Source of the DNA: Macrostomum lignano
Taxonomy: Eukaryota
Assembly: GCA_002269645.1 (NCBI GenBank)
Contig: NIVC01000679.1
Coordinates: forward strand, 124,001-188,000
Direction: 5' to 3'
DNA length: 64,000 bases
Positions 63,239 to 64,000 of this stretch are shown piece after piece (position 1 is the first letter of the stretch; each line of letters opens with the position of its first letter). The position numbers and the translations under genes were made by a program. Under the pieces are notes generated by a model that saw nothing but the letters and a program-made list of their open reading frames with translations, had not been told where the DNA came from and did no database searches.

Positions 63239-64000
63239 GCGAACTGGCTCTACCGTACCCGCTATTACCCGCCCCCTCTCCACTTCGCGCTCGCTTGCAA
63301 CTCTATACTCTACCTGCAGTTAACCAACACCCCACCCCTCCATTCCCAGCAAGCAGAGATACTGACTGTATGTGTGCACCTGCATGGAATCAATCTTAAG
63401 ATTTTTCTGCTTTTAGGAAGTAAGGGAACTTTAGCTTTTTGATTGAGATTTAAGGTCGAGAGTGTTGGTTGTCAAAGATGACTCATGTTTAAGTGTTAAA
63501 ATGACTAATATCAATGATTACTTTGTGTTGTTGGACTCGAGCAACATGTATACAATGCCACCTTGTTATTTTTTTCACTTTTACTCAACTTTTAACCTTT
63601 ATGCGACTTTTTCTAAGGTGGCAAAAGTTGCTGCAGTTTTTGCAATCAGGGCTAAAAAGACTCCCTTCATACCCGGCTACTTGAGGCTGCCGGAGCATGT
63701 TGGTTACTGTCAGGCACAGAATGCCAACTGTTTTCCGGTTAATTGCCTTACTCGCGAGAGGGTCCGCGAAGCCTCTCTATCCGGCCCTCCGGGTCCTTTG
63801 AAACTTCACAATAGCAATCCCGCTCAAGATTGGTGTCTCTTCAGCTCTCTATAGTCGATCTCCGCCCTCTTTTCCTTCCTCTCTCCTCTCGTTTCGTCCC
63901 GTCTCGTCTCTTCTCCTTTATTCCCCTCGTCTCTCTTCTCTATTTCCTCTCTTCTCAGCCCTCCTTAGGCCTCAAGTCAGATGCTATATAGGTTGTAAAA

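Overview
Eukaryotic (metazoan) genomic DNA with GT-AG introns full of minisatellites. Gene content, repeat-filled introns and trans-splice-like acceptors suggest a free-living flatworm such as Macrostomum; this is inference only. I assembled nine gene models by hand and checked exon phases: an orphan class-A GPCR with a long secreted-type N-terminus (673-4266, +), two complete RIG-I-like receptors head-to-head (5551-12268, - and 17884-23889, +), RBMX2 (two 1-nt frameshifts), RPP30, an RNF34/RFFL-type E3 ligase, BUD23, an NPY/NPF-type GPCR and a beta-tubulin. Two results stand out. (1) The two RLR genes share a nearly identical ~2.2 kb block (promoter with an IRF/ISRE-like plus kappaB-like element, a putative tandem-CARD region and Walker A) arranged as a palindrome, while the rest of the helicase and the RNA-binding CTD are only about half identical. 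(2) A 2.86 kb internally deleted Maverick/Polinton (AGTAG...CTACT ends, 6-bp TSD, capsid and adenain-protease remnants) carries an intact two-exon 80-aa gene of unknown function. Several MITEs, a SINE, a Helitron-like element and RFX X-box clusters are also present. No CRISPR array, rRNA or intact tRNA was found. Percent identities are visual estimates, and no database searches were run.
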